Positions 1 to 10,635 of a stretch of 64,000 nucleotides of DNA are shown one piece after another. The first letter of the stretch is position 1. Every line of letters begins with the position of its first letter. The translations under genes and the position numbers were made by a program. The notes under the pieces were generated by a model. The model was not told the DNA's origin. It searched no databases and was given only the letters and a program-made list of their open reading frames with translations. The DNA is from Klebsiella phage N1M2. Location: sequence record MN642089.1. One strand, written 5' to 3'.

Positions 1-594
1 CAACTTCAGAAATATAGTCTTCCCAGATTTGGAATAGACCTTGTATAACTGAAGGTTTGGGGTTGAAGTAAGTTTGGTTGATAGTGAATGCACTGTTATC
101 TTCCAGCTTACTAGAGACTCGTTGGTAAACCTGTTGACGCAAACCTGGATCAGTTGTATCTATTTGGAGTTGTAAATCTCCGAATCCTGTAGAGGTTTTA
201 AGATATTCTGTCAGGCACGTAATAAAAGGCATTTGGTTATCAAGAGCAACATTGGGATTACTTGCAGCCCAACGCTCATCCAACATCCCTCTTATATATC
301 CCGACATACTGTATTGGCTAGCACCATATAAGCTAACTAATTTTTCTGAACGACTAATATTGTCATCGGTCAAATTGAGTTGCGGACGGGTCACAAGGGC
401 CAATCCTATGGTGTTATCGGCCAGAGGCATCATTGCCGGGCCTTTACCAAGTATCCTTAGTCCTCTTAAGGAATTGATAAGTGGTGAAGTATAACCAGGT
501 GAAGTACCCATCAAAAGGCTAGCGTCAAAGATCTCTCTGCGCTTTTCTAGGTTCTCCCCTGAATAATTTGTAAAATTATTTTCATCTTGATCCA
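1..594 (-). CDS. hypothetical protein (3' partial; runs off the window start)
   Basis: Reverse-complement translation from the ATG at 594-592 (MDQDENNFTNYSGENLEKRREIFD...) stays open to position 1. GAGG-like RBS lies upstream on the - strand. No entry in the ORF track because there is no in-window stop. Confidence 0.55.
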
Positions 595-621
595 TATATA
601 AACCTCGAACGGAGCATAGTA

Positions 622-1710
622 ATGATTCCTCAAATTCTTACCTTTGGGCCCATGATCGCCCAACTCGCCAAAAGCTTTGGCGCTAATAAGGATAAGGCAG
701 ACGCAGCCAAAACGATGTTGGAAGGTGCTGCCGCGACATATGATGTCCTAAAAACAGGTAGCATTTCCCAGTCCGCTGGTAAAACCCTTATCGCCCCGAT
801 GGTGGCTATTGAAGACACATTGATTCACCAGGAATACATGGCTGACTTAATGCAAGTTGTCAATATCCGCGATATCAAAGATACCTTAACTCACTTGTCC
901 ATGCAGGGTGAAGTAAATGGTATTAAAATCAGCCAACTGGTAGATTCTATCAACCCACGTCGTGCTGGTCTGTTGTCTCTGGCTGGTGCTGAAGCTTTCG
1001 GCGCACCTGCAACCAAATCAGGTAAACAGGGTAATCAGGTAGTTGAAGGTCGTGTTACCGTTAATGGCAAACAAATGGCTGACCTGACCGAATACCAACC
1101 TCTTGCAGTTGGTCGTACCGTTGAAGCTTCCGTTTATATCGATGGTCACAACGTCACCTTCCCGCTGAACTTCCGTCAAATTCCAGTACCAGTCTCTGCA
1201 AATGATCTTCAAACGATCTTTGAAGCAGCTCGTCCAGAAGACGGTATGTACGCTCGTTTCATGATGTGGCGTGCTGGTGAGATCACCGGACCTGAGTTCC
1301 TGATGGGTACTGATGAAATCAAACGTGAATTCAATATCCGTAAAGATGACCTGTCTGGTTATTATGCTGAAGCTAACGCACGTGCAGAGAAAAACCGTAT
1401 CGCTTCCCTGCGTACTGGTGTAATGTCAGTAAACACCGAAGCTAACACCATCATCATGTCCGCCGATACCGCTCGCAACATCGAACTGGAATTGGGTGTT
1501 TCCTTTGATTCCAAAGGTATTGCTAAGATCCGTAAATCGGTGCTGGCAAATACCATTATTGTTGTAGATGACGGTATGGGCATCTTTACCTTCTATTCTT
1601 CTGCGACCTCTCGTCCTGAAGTCTATACTCGTCGTGAAATCACCGTGACTGCCAAGAAGGATACTTCTCTGGACCTGGCGTCTCTCATGAAAATGTTTAA
1701 CGGGCGTTAA
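622..1710 (+). CDS. abundant (likely virion) protein, 362 aa, function unknown
   Basis: Clean ORF with RBS GGAGCA 8 nt upstream. Codon usage is strongly biased to host-optimal codons (ctg, cgt, ggt, acc, aac), typical of highly expressed structural genes. Confidence 0.75.
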   Translation: MIPQILTFGPMIAQLAKSFGANKDKADAAKTMLEGAAATYDVLKTGSISQSAGKTLIAPMVAIEDTLIHQEYMADLMQVVNIRDIKDTLTHLSMQGEVNGIKISQLVDSINPRRAGLLSLAGAEAFGAPATKSGKQGNQVVEGRVTVNGKQMADLTEYQPLAVGRTVEASVYIDGHNVTFPLNFRQIPVPVSANDLQTIFEAARPEDGMYARFMMWRAGEITGPEFLMGTDEIKREFNIRKDDLSGYYAEANARAEKNRIASLRTGVMSVNTEANTIIMSADTARNIELELGVSFDSKGIAKIRKSVLANTIIVVDDGMGIFTFYSSATSRPEVYTRREITVTAKKDTSLDLASLMKMFNGR

Positions 1711-1712
1711 TA

Positions 1713-2597
1713 ATGATCATTATCTCAGAAACTCCAAAACTGGACGTACTGATTGCCATTGATACTGAAATGGCTACGGTAGCTGGTCTGCGTGATACCA
1801 TCGATCTGTTGAAAGATGGCGATCCAGAAAACATGAAGCTGGCTGAAGAAGCTGTACAGAAGAACGCTGTTCTGCGTGGTATCGAAAACGATCTGAAACG
1901 TACGCTGTCGCCTTCTGTTACTTTCCTTAGCGCTATTGAAGATGCTCTGGATCAATTGAACCTGTGGCTTCCTAAGCTGCGTGAACGTATCGCTAAATCT
2001 CCAACTAAGATTTACGATAAAGAAACTATTACGTTCCGTGAAAAAGGTGTGCTGGATACTGTCTCTAGCATTAACTTCTGGAACCGTTATGCTACTATGG
2101 CTATCGACATTATTATCGATCAAGCCACTAAACAGCAAGACGTTTCTAAGCTGCTGACCAAAGTTGATCTTCAGTTCTTCAATGACACCCCTAAATACTT
2201 CGGTCATCTGACTGTTAAGTTCTCTGACTCCATCAAGAATCTGGAAACGATGATTGATAACCTGTCTGATGAAACTTACGATGAGATCTCTGAACAGGTT
2301 ATTGAAGCCGCATCTGGTATCGATTCTGTTTCAGTACAGAAGAACCTGGCACCACACCAGCTGAACCCGCTGCACTGGTACAAAATGCGCCGTATGCGTA
2401 AAGACATCAACAAGATCCAATCTAACGTTGAAAGCATTAACATGCTGGCAATGAAGATTGCTCGTCTGAACAACCGTCGCAATGGTTCTGAAGATCCATC
2501 CCTGGATCGCCAGATCGAAACTTACCAGGACGCTATCATTAAGAAACGCGCCCAGAACATCGCAATCGAGGCTAAGTATAATGGCGACAGAGTTTAA
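1713..2597 (+). CDS. hypothetical protein, 294 aa, high-expression codon usage
   Basis: Starts 3 nt after the previous stop (TAATAATG). Same optimal-codon bias as its upstream neighbour, so likely co-expressed. Confidence 0.7.
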   Translation: MIIISETPKLDVLIAIDTEMATVAGLRDTIDLLKDGDPENMKLAEEAVQKNAVLRGIENDLKRTLSPSVTFLSAIEDALDQLNLWLPKLRERIAKSPTKIYDKETITFREKGVLDTVSSINFWNRYATMAIDIIIDQATKQQDVSKLLTKVDLQFFNDTPKYFGHLTVKFSDSIKNLETMIDNLSDETYDEISEQVIEAASGIDSVSVQKNLAPHQLNPLHWYKMRRMRKDINKIQSNVESINMLAMKIARLNNRRNGSEDPSLDRQIETYQDAIIKKRAQNIAIEAKYNGDRV

Positions 2598-3111
2598 GCA
2601 TCTTAAATTCGGTTTGGTTCCATCCTCGTTCGATACAGCTACTCTTGAAAACTCAGAAACCATCATTAAAGCTTTCCTGGCACAATTTGCTAGTTTCAAG
2701 CTGATGGATGATGCAAGCGCTCATGCTGAGATCTTTGTCACCACTCGCCGTTATATCGGTAGCGACTTCCGTAATTGGTTGATCGTTAACTTCCGTAATG
2801 GCGGTGGTGCTCGTAAAGAACTGTGTCGGAAAATCGTTGGTTGGATTGGCGGTCGTTTATCTGAACGTACTGTGCTTAACCAACTGGGGATCGATATCAA
2901 CTCCCTTAAAGGTACTTCGGTACGTAATGAGCCAATTAAGACCTCAGTGATCTACAATGAGTACGACGCTGCTCGCGATCATTTCAAAGTCGAGAATGTT
3001 GACTTCTCCATTATTGAAGATCGTCACTTGTATGATTTCCTGGCACTGATTGGTCCAGAACTGGCAGCTAAATTCTGCTTAAGTTTGGATGGTATCTACT
3101 ATGACCGATAG
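2581..3111 (+). CDS. hypothetical protein, 176 aa
   Basis: The track ORF 2482-3111 overlaps the upstream gene. The first ATG after a GAGG RBS is at 2581 (MATEFKHLKF...), giving a 17-nt overlap with the upstream stop, which suggests translational coupling. Confidence 0.6.
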   Translation: MATEFKHLKFGLVPSSFDTATLENSETIIKAFLAQFASFKLMDDASAHAEIFVTTRRYIGSDFRNWLIVNFRNGGGARKELCRKIVGWIGGRLSERTVLNQLGIDINSLKGTSVRNEPIKTSVIYNEYDAARDHFKVENVDFSIIEDRHLYDFLALIGPELAAKFCLSLDGIYYDR

Positions 3112-4384
3112 TAATGCTAATAACGTTATTAACGATCTGAAGATGGCCGAGATCTCCTTGGCCAAAGTTCCTAACATCGAACAGCTCGCAACTGACGCTA
3201 AAAGTGTTATGGAAAACTTCAGAACAAATATTAATATCAAAGAACAAGTTGAGAATGCGCTGGACACTATTGAACAGCGCAGTGACTATCAGCTTGATCT
3301 CGGTACTGTAGCTGAAGTAGATCAGGTCATTAGTAAATACTCCAATGTGGTTGTAAAGGACGGTACTCCATTAATTAGTGGAACAGAGGCATTCGGTTTA
3401 ACACTTATGCCTTCTGAGTGGCGTTCTACTCGTGCAGCTGCATTGAGAGAAATCCTGAGCGAGACTTATAAGAATATCAAACGTTGGGCTAACCAACTGT
3501 CTGATAACTTCCAAACTCGTTGGGTTGAACTGATGACAACTACCGATGTTTTAGAAAGTCGTTTAGAGTCTCTAGACGCCACTATGGACATCGTTACCAA
3601 TATTGTTGACGGAACTACATCTTTAGAGTTAAATGAGCTTATAGCTCGCTCTATCTCCAAAAATGGCCGTGTTCTGACTGGAGATGTTGGTAAGTCACTT
3701 CAAGGTGAGATTAATTACATCCTACTGTGTCTTCGTGCATGGGAAATGGAACAGGTTAAATTCAAGAACTCTGTTATCCGTTATTTTGGTAATGAGCGTA
3801 ATAAAGACATTACCGATATCGTACGCGAACTACCTAAGTTGTTTGACCAGCGTAATAAACTGGAAGATGACAACCAGGGAATGCTGACCAGTAAACTCAC
3901 CCGCCCTATGTTAGACGATTATGCTTTTGAAGGCATTACTCTTGAACCTAGCTGGATTAAGAGTAATATTAAATCAGAAGCTGATAACACCACTTATGCT
4001 GATGCGCTTTCCTATACCGGTTATCGCGTTAAAGCACCGAGTGACAAAAGTCGTGTAGGGAAGACTACAGTTCCGGTAATGCCATTGTCTCAAATGTATG
4101 TCATTCGTGACTCCATCGAGGCGATCATTAACAAACTGAAGAATATGAACGTTGAAGATGATCCGGTGAACTTCAATCCAGATGACGTCAAAGATGTCCT
4201 GAATACCTTGAAGAATTCTCCAACCACCGAAGATCAACGCGCATACCAATACGGTTTGATCACTGCTGATTATCAGTATGACGTTAACCAGTTCAAAACG
4301 CAGACTTCTAATATGCTGACTGTTCTGGCTAGTCATCTCATCACCATGTTAAATCAACATCTGGGATGTTACAATGTCGAGTAA
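3101..4384 (+). CDS. hypothetical protein, about 427 aa (alternative start at 3089)
   Basis: Long clean ORF. The ATG at 3101 overlaps the upstream stop (ATGACCGATAG). The track start at 3089 is also possible. Confidence 0.65.
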   Translation: MTDSNANNVINDLKMAEISLAKVPNIEQLATDAKSVMENFRTNINIKEQVENALDTIEQRSDYQLDLGTVAEVDQVISKYSNVVVKDGTPLISGTEAFGLTLMPSEWRSTRAAALREILSETYKNIKRWANQLSDNFQTRWVELMTTTDVLESRLESLDATMDIVTNIVDGTTSLELNELIARSISKNGRVLTGDVGKSLQGEINYILLCLRAWEMEQVKFKNSVIRYFGNERNKDITDIVRELPKLFDQRNKLEDDNQGMLTSKLTRPMLDDYAFEGITLEPSWIKSNIKSEADNTTYADALSYTGYRVKAPSDKSRVGKTTVPVMPLSQMYVIRDSIEAIINKLKNMNVEDDPVNFNPDDVKDVLNTLKNSPTTEDQRAYQYGLITADYQYDVNQFKTQTSNMLTVLASHLITMLNQHLGCYNVE

Positions 4385-5336
4385 TGACTTTCGTCAAGCT
4401 CAACGTGATTTAACCAAACAGCTACACACTGTGGAGGGATGTGAATCCCTCCTCGGTGACGCTTATTCAAAGGTTAAAGAAGCTGGAGCTACCATTAGTA
4501 AAAGTGTTGCTAATAAAGCTATTGATGCCACAGCAAGTGGTTTAAAGCGTGCAAACACTGAGCTAATTAAATTGGTAGGATCTCGTCGTTTGTTTATCTC
4601 CCATATCTTTAGTAAAGCCAAAAAAGATGACCGGGCACAGATTGAAGTTACATTTCCTAAAACTCTATTGAGCAAGATTACTCGTGACGGTAATCCCGAT
4701 GACATCATTCCTTCTGTTGATGTCCTGAGTAGAAATGTGGATTCTATACTGAAGTACGGTAAAGAACTCGAAGGCTATTATGCTAAAGAGCTAGAGATTC
4801 TCAAAGGCATCGAGAAAATTAAAACCACAGAAGACGCAGCCAGATTAGTCAACCGGCTGGAAGAGTTACGGTATCCAACAATGAAGTTGAATAACCAAAG
4901 TAATTCTATGTCTCAAAGTGAGTGGTTGCCAGGTGGATATGCGTTTGGTTTCAATTCTGAAACAGGGTCTATTACCTTTGTTGAAGATGAGGAATTCGCA
5001 ACGACTGAGATTGAAGATAACTTTACAGTAGCTGACATTAAGACACTTCTGACTAAGTTAAATACTTTGACCTCACATTACCAAGACGCCTCAAAGTTAT
5101 CCAATAGTTATGTGAATCATTTAAAAACCTTCAATACTGTGGTGGTTAAATCATTCAAACATTTGGACTCTCTTAAAGGTGAGATCTCAACTAGTTTGTT
5201 GAATGATCTCAAGGACCGTCTGAATGGAGACCAACTAGTCTTTACATTCTTTGTCGGATCTTTGCCAAAAGTAATGGTTCGCCTCGACGATTATGTGGAT
5301 ACATTGTCGTCCTACTTAAGTAAACAATTTAATTAA
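4374..5336 (+). CDS. hypothetical protein, 320 aa
   Basis: ATG overlaps the previous stop by 11 nt. Clean 320-aa ORF. Confidence 0.65.
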   Translation: MSSNDFRQAQRDLTKQLHTVEGCESLLGDAYSKVKEAGATISKSVANKAIDATASGLKRANTELIKLVGSRRLFISHIFSKAKKDDRAQIEVTFPKTLLSKITRDGNPDDIIPSVDVLSRNVDSILKYGKELEGYYAKELEILKGIEKIKTTEDAARLVNRLEELRYPTMKLNNQSNSMSQSEWLPGGYAFGFNSETGSITFVEDEEFATTEIEDNFTVADIKTLLTKLNTLTSHYQDASKLSNSYVNHLKTFNTVVVKSFKHLDSLKGEISTSLLNDLKDRLNGDQLVFTFFVGSLPKVMVRLDDYVDTLSSYLSKQFN

Positions 5337-5373
5337 ATCGTTTTAACTCTTTCTATAGAAAAAGGTATTAACT

Positions 5374-6597
5374 ATGTCTCTTAAGAACGTTTTCGCTTCT
5401 ATCGCTGGTCAAGAATCTGCAGATCTGGATCCGGCACTGGCTGGTATCGTTGAAGTAACCGCTGAAGAAGCAGCAGAAGCAGTGATCGATAAAGAAATCG
5501 CTGAAACTGAAAAATGCATCGCTGAACACGATCACGAAATCGAAAAGCATGAAGATGCTATCGAAGCGATCGAAGAAAAAGTTGAAGAACTGGAAGAAGT
5601 AATCGAAGGCATGGAATCTCAGATGTCTGGTTCTACTCCGTTCAACGCTGGCCTGTTCGCCCACCAGTACGCTCAGGGTGCTAAGATCGTTGCTAAGATG
5701 GGTGCTCCGGTTGAACTGCACGGCGCTGAAAGCTATGCAGACGCTTCTACCGCTAACCTGAACGCTCTGGCTGGTGTTGAGTCCATGAAAGAAACTGCTG
5801 TTAAAGCTGCTGCAGCTGCGAAGAAATTCTTCGTTGAACTGTACAACGGCTTCATCGCAGTTGTTACTGGTCTGTTCAACCGCTTCAAAGGCATCGAGAA
5901 GAAAGCTGCTAACCTGAAAGCTCAGGTTGCTGGTAAAGATGCAGACGCTATCAAAGGCGAAGTTACCCGTACCGGTTCTATGCGTTTCGTTGATGCTAAC
6001 GGTCATGCGCCGAAAGTTGTTGATGCTATCGTTGAAGCTGGTAACACCCTGGCTGCAACCATGGACACCATCAACGCAGGTGGCGTAGTTGACGGTATCG
6101 ATCGTGTTATCGATAAACTGGCTAAGATGGGTACCAAGAAAGTAAACGGCGACGTCGTTGAAATCCACATCAATGGTGGTGTAGTAGCTATCCACGCTCC
6201 TAAAGATGACGCTGATCTGCCTAAAGTTTCTCTGTCTGTTAAAGGCAGCGGTGAAGCTGCTAAAGGTCAGAAACTGGGTAAACCAGCTCTGGAAGCTCTG
6301 TGCAACGAAGTTGCTAAAGACGCTAAGAAACTGCAGATCGCTAAATTCGACAGCCGTGCTCTGACTGCTTCCCGCGACAAAGCTATCGCTCAGATGGAAA
6401 AACGTGGCGCAGAGAAAGACGAAGATCGTAAGAACGTCAAATCTGGCGTTGCTGCAATCAAGAACGGCCATCGTGCTGGTATGAAACTGATCCGTGGCGC
6501 ATTCGGCCTGGCAGGTGACGTACTGGACGGTCAGCTGGCGTTCGTTAAAGCTCACCTGGGTGGTGCCGCTAAGAAAGAAGAAGAAAAAGCTGAGTAA
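5374..6597 (+). CDS. very highly expressed acidic coiled-coil / Ala-Lys-rich protein, 407 aa; head-scaffold-like candidate
   Basis: Near-perfect optimal codon usage. RBS AAAAAGGT followed by ATGTCTC is shared with the gene at 17802. N-terminal acidic helical segment (EEAAEAVIDKEIAETEKCIAEHDHEIEKHEDAIEAIEEKVEELEE) then A/K/G-rich body. Strong terminator follows. Function is inferred only. Confidence 0.8.
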   Translation: MSLKNVFASIAGQESADLDPALAGIVEVTAEEAAEAVIDKEIAETEKCIAEHDHEIEKHEDAIEAIEEKVEELEEVIEGMESQMSGSTPFNAGLFAHQYAQGAKIVAKMGAPVELHGAESYADASTANLNALAGVESMKETAVKAAAAAKKFFVELYNGFIAVVTGLFNRFKGIEKKAANLKAQVAGKDADAIKGEVTRTGSMRFVDANGHAPKVVDAIVEAGNTLAATMDTINAGGVVDGIDRVIDKLAKMGTKKVNGDVVEIHINGGVVAIHAPKDDADLPKVSLSVKGSGEAAKGQKLGKPALEALCNEVAKDAKKLQIAKFDSRALTASRDKAIAQMEKRGAEKDEDRKNVKSGVAAIKNGHRAGMKLIRGAFGLAGDVLDGQLAFVKAHLGGAAKKEEEKAE

Positions 6598-6611
6598 TAT
6601 CAGTCTTCTTA

Positions 6612-6672
6612 AAGCATAATGCTTAATGAGAGTAGGGGCCTTCGGGCTCCTACTCTTATATGTTTGCTTTTA
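6612..6672 (+). terminator. rho-independent terminator (two hairpins plus T-run)
   Basis: aagcat-a-atgctt hairpin, then gagtaggggcc-ttcg-ggctcctactc (11 bp, GU allowed), followed by ttatatgtttgctttt. Confidence 0.7.
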
Positions 6673-6705
6673 AGAATACTTTGATCTCACATAGGAGTTA
6701 TTTTA

Positions 6706-7767
6706 ATGACACAAGTTCTTCCTAAGCCGAACGCTCCAAAAGAGTCGACGGATTACATTTATGGTAAGCGCTTAGCTAAATACGAAGATCGAATGAACTT
6801 CTTTCTTAATGAGAAAGTTGACATTGATAAAACCAATGTCAAGGATATTGACGCCGGTACTGTAGACGGTCTAGAAAACCTTGTACAACGTTTTACTAGT
6901 TATGGTAAGCCATCGTTCATTGAGGTGGACGATAGCGGCATGGTTGCCGGGACAGAGGCTTCTGGTAAAGCTAAACGTTTTATTGATATCATTATTCAAG
7001 CAGCCAAAGATGCGGTAGAGTTTATTCTTAACTTTATCAATAACCGTATCGCTAGACTTGATGTTCGTTCTCATCGTGCTGGTTTAGAGCGTAAACGTTC
7101 GGGTATCAAAGATGGGGAAGCTAGATATCCAGCTAGCATCCGTAGACTTATGTTACCGCAAATTACTGGGGGTGATCCTAACTGGGTTCCTCAGTCTCTT
7201 GATAAAGTTCTAGATATTTATAAGAACTCTGTTAAGGGTTATAAATACTTAACCAGTCGTATCGATAAGTGGGAAGGGGCTAATGCTTATGATGTCATCA
7301 AGGAATCTGTTAAAGGTTTCTCTGACATAATGGGTATGAGTTATAAGAATGGTGGTTATCAAACTGATACATTGCCTGGTGTACGACAATTGATCGTTTC
7401 AGCACCAAGCCAAGAAGATCCTACCAAAATAGATGTGTTCTTCAATACAGTTGATGTCGCTGTTAAATTACCTACCCCTACTTTCCATCCGACTAGTAAC
7501 CTGTTGGACAGCACGCTTAACAAAGTAAACTCAATCATTAAAGAAATACGTTCTAACCAATCTACTATGTCTCAGCTTTCACGTAACTTCGAAAAGGCTG
7601 TACGTAAGTTCGAAGCCAACAAGGGTGAAAAGATTGGACCTGAAGAACGTAAGTATTATGAATGGTTGATCCGTTTCAATAAACGAATGATGAACACGGT
7701 TATTCAGTACACTATTTCTGAACTGGATGCTGGGATTGATTTCGTTAATGCAGGGATTGATAAATGA
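6706..7767 (+). CDS. hypothetical protein, 353 aa
   Basis: RBS AGGAG 7 nt upstream. Clean ORF. Confidence 0.7.
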   Translation: MTQVLPKPNAPKESTDYIYGKRLAKYEDRMNFFLNEKVDIDKTNVKDIDAGTVDGLENLVQRFTSYGKPSFIEVDDSGMVAGTEASGKAKRFIDIIIQAAKDAVEFILNFINNRIARLDVRSHRAGLERKRSGIKDGEARYPASIRRLMLPQITGGDPNWVPQSLDKVLDIYKNSVKGYKYLTSRIDKWEGANAYDVIKESVKGFSDIMGMSYKNGGYQTDTLPGVRQLIVSAPSQEDPTKIDVFFNTVDVAVKLPTPTFHPTSNLLDSTLNKVNSIIKEIRSNQSTMSQLSRNFEKAVRKFEANKGEKIGPEERKYYEWLIRFNKRMMNTVIQYTISELDAGIDFVNAGIDK

Positions 7768-8276
7768 CAGTTGACGTAATTTCCATTAGTCGTGAAGATA
7801 TAAGAAACTATGTTGTTGACTTATATGAAATAGCTAATGGTTGTCGCGCTACTGTTGATACTAGTTCCTTAGAACCAGAACGGATTTGTGATGGAACGAC
7901 TATGATGCAGAACTCCCAAACTAAATCGGGAGTTCTTATCAACAAAATAAACATTGCTGACTTATTCCCTAACACTATAGATATAACGCAATATAAAGCA
8001 CCACACGGCGTTTTATCTGTAATGCAAGGCGATGATGCAGATTCGTTTAATAATAAGCATGGGAAGCTTCTGGTGAGTCCAGAGATGGACGTTCTTAAAT
8101 CACAAACACCGTTTGCTGTAGAAGACATTAAAGACTTTATTCTTTTTTGTCGTGTATATGGTTTCTGGGAATTGGATATCGGTAGCGTCACATTGATACG
8201 TTACAATGGTAAATTGAGAATTCAAGTTAACCAAGGTAATAAACTTTTTCATGGTTTTATAGAGGTTACTGTATGA
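7764..8276 (+). CDS. hypothetical protein, 170 aa
   Basis: ATGA start/stop overlap with the upstream gene. Confidence 0.6.
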   Translation: MTVDVISISREDIRNYVVDLYEIANGCRATVDTSSLEPERICDGTTMMQNSQTKSGVLINKINIADLFPNTIDITQYKAPHGVLSVMQGDDADSFNNKHGKLLVSPEMDVLKSQTPFAVEDIKDFILFCRVYGFWELDIGSVTLIRYNGKLRIQVNQGNKLFHGFIEVTV

Positions 8277-8881
8277 CCTATGATAACCAAGATCGATACT
8301 TGCTATTAAAACAATTGCTGGTGACAATCTGCTTGGCTGCTAAACAAGCTAAGCTATCTGTTAATGGTACCCCACTTACTTTAGATGAACAACAGGGTAA
8401 GGTAATTCGTCTTATCCAGGAAATCCAAGATAACTTTACTATCCCCTATGGGTTACTTCGTGGTGGACGTGTTTATCTTTATCTTGACCCTATTGTTGGT
8501 CATATTAGTGGTCTGGCTTCCGGTCGTCTTCCTGAAGACTGCTGGGAGAATGAATATCTAAAGAAACTGGAAGATCGTGAACTTTTAGCTGACTGTATTC
8601 TCCACTACCCACTCACTGAAGAGTATGTGGAAGAACACGCACAAAGTTTGAAAGATAAAAACTTCCACACCAATGGTCGTGAACGTGCCGGTGAACTTAT
8701 TGAGAAAACCGAAGCGGCTTTACGAGCTATTAGACGTTGGGCGGAAGGCCACCCAGGTATGACACTTGAACAGTGTGTTGTTCTTTGTAATGCCGTAGAG
8801 TTGGTTGACTGGATCTTTAGTTTCACTAATGACGTAATTGGAGTTGAGAATGTCCCAGACGACGACATCCCTGGATGCTGA
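8273..8881 (+). CDS. hypothetical protein, 202 aa
   Basis: ATGA start/stop overlap with the upstream gene. Confidence 0.6.
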   Translation: MTYDNQDRYLLLKQLLVTICLAAKQAKLSVNGTPLTLDEQQGKVIRLIQEIQDNFTIPYGLLRGGRVYLYLDPIVGHISGLASGRLPEDCWENEYLKKLEDRELLADCILHYPLTEEYVEEHAQSLKDKNFHTNGRERAGELIEKTEAALRAIRRWAEGHPGMTLEQCVVLCNAVELVDWIFSFTNDVIGVENVPDDDIPGC

Positions 8882-9689
8882 TTTCGATTACCTTGACTGG
8901 TGTTATGACGGTATGGAATCGTTGCTGAATAATTCCAGTCGTTCTTACTTCCAAGGTATGATGGGTGGTGAATCTTTCTATTGTCTCCACCTTGATGCTA
9001 ATAATTATGCTGGTATGGAAGATAAGTTTAGTGATGGAATCAAGAAGGCAGCAAGAACCCTTTATGATAACATCATCAACATGCTGAAGCGTATTCGTGA
9101 ATATTTCTTCGGTGATGGTGAGAAAGCTGCTGACGATGCTCAAGCTAATGCTGAATCATCCATAAGTGCTTTGATGGAAATGAGTGGTGATACACCTATC
9201 CCGGAAGATTCCCCAGCTCGTAATCCAGAAAACTACATCAAGTCTCTTGAAGGCGGTGTGGAGTTCAATGAACTCAAGGAAGAGAATGGTGCACTAAGTT
9301 CTGCACTAGACAAAGTTAAAGCAGCAGCCATGAAAGTAAAGGACGCTAAGACAGTTGGTCAACTTCGGTCAGTCTATACTGAAATTGGTAAAGCAGCAAC
9401 AGCCGGTAATCGCGTTGTAACTGAAACACTACGCAGTACTGTCTCTGCGGCCGAACAAGCTGCTCGTAAACTACAGAACGCCAAGATCCCTAAAGAGGAC
9501 GATACTTCCGAAGTTAAAGCAGCTATTAAAGCAGAAAACTCTGAAGTATCCGCTAAGGCTAAAGAGGAAACCAAGAAAGCTCGTTTAGTCGGTGGTGTTC
9601 GTAATAAATTTGTCGGTGCTTTGAATTCCATTAGCCGTATGTCTAAAGGTGTCAAAGAGAAACCTGTAGAACCTAAATTCAAGGGTTAA
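8850..9689 (+). CDS. hypothetical Ala/Lys-rich helical protein, 279 aa
   Basis: The track start at 8838 is TTG. The first ATG is at 8850, 6 nt after GGAG. Overlaps the upstream gene by 32 nt. Low-complexity A/K/E-rich C-terminal half. Confidence 0.6.
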   Translation: MSQTTTSLDADFDYLDWCYDGMESLLNNSSRSYFQGMMGGESFYCLHLDANNYAGMEDKFSDGIKKAARTLYDNIINMLKRIREYFFGDGEKAADDAQANAESSISALMEMSGDTPIPEDSPARNPENYIKSLEGGVEFNELKEENGALSSALDKVKAAAMKVKDAKTVGQLRSVYTEIGKAATAGNRVVTETLRSTVSAAEQAARKLQNAKIPKEDDTSEVKAAIKAENSEVSAKAKEETKKARLVGGVRNKFVGALNSISRMSKGVKEKPVEPKFKG

Positions 9690-9690
9690 C

Positions 9691-10398
9691 ATGACTTACT
9701 CATTTCAGAATGAGGTTATTAAAAGTCTACCTACTGGTCATCGCTTTATAAGAATGGTTTCTGGGGCTAACAATACCACCATTGTCTACACTGTGAAGAA
9801 TGCAGTTAAACATGAGCTGGTAATGCCCAAGATGGATATCAGTCGGTATTTTTACAAGATACCGACTATCTTCATACCTGAGAACAGCTCCTATAACGAC
9901 CTGTATGAACTCATCAGCGAGCGTTATGGATTAGGGTTACAGAAGAACATTGATTTCTACAATAGCGCCACAGTGCCCGTTACAGAGAGCCCTGTTTATA
10001 TGGAGCTTCCTGTCAATGAGTCTTGTTGCGCTTATTATGGAAACATCCGTTGTTATGTTCTTAAACATAACTTGTATAATGGTAACCTTAAACCCGTTCG
10101 TGATTTAACCAGTACAGACGGTAGTACTTACCTCAACAAACTAAAAATCAAATCTTACTTTATAGGTAAATTGATTTGTTTAGCTGATCATCTAACTATC
10201 GGTGATACACTAACTCCTGACATTGTTGAATTGTTAGTTAGTGATATGGATGGTCAAACTTATCCAGGTGCTTCAGATAGTTATCGCTATATCCTTTCTG
10301 ATGCTAAAGTTATTGATCTTTTTAATGATGGTATTTCTGACATACTTCTAATTGAAACATTTCAAGGTTTACTTTCTATTCGTTATTCTCTTAATTAA
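9691..10398 (+). CDS. hypothetical protein, 235 aa
   Basis: ATG sits 1 nt after the upstream TAA. Clean ORF. Confidence 0.6.
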   Translation: MTYSFQNEVIKSLPTGHRFIRMVSGANNTTIVYTVKNAVKHELVMPKMDISRYFYKIPTIFIPENSSYNDLYELISERYGLGLQKNIDFYNSATVPVTESPVYMELPVNESCCAYYGNIRCYVLKHNLYNGNLKPVRDLTSTDGSTYLNKLKIKSYFIGKLICLADHLTIGDTLTPDIVELLVSDMDGQTYPGASDSYRYILSDAKVIDLFNDGISDILLIETFQGLLSIRYSLN

Positions 10399-10595
10399 AA
10401 ACGATGGTATTGATCTTGAGACTGATACTGCGAGAGTGGTGTTAGTTGGTTGAGTTAGATGTGTTGCGGAGAAACCGAGTGAGGGGAAAGGGGATTTATT
10501 ATATACAGCAGAGCGTAGCGATATCTCTATTCCTATCTCTTCTCTTTACAATGATCAAGAAATAAAAAGATTCAATAATAAACTTTAAATATCAT

Positions 10596-10635
10596 TTCCT
10601 CTACTCCTTTTATCGGGAGTAGGGGTTTGATGTTA
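10596..10635 (+). terminator. hairpin plus T-rich tract inside a long non-coding spacer
   Basis: cctctactcc-ttttatcg-ggagtagggg followed by tttgatgtt. Belongs to the GAGTAGGGG/GGGGTAGGGG hairpin family. Confidence 0.4.

Noticed and set aside
5368-6555. 395-aa ORF on the - strand
   Set aside because: It lies fully antisense to the very strongly codon-optimised + gene at 5374-6597. Low-complexity F/S-rich translation typical of a shadow ORF.
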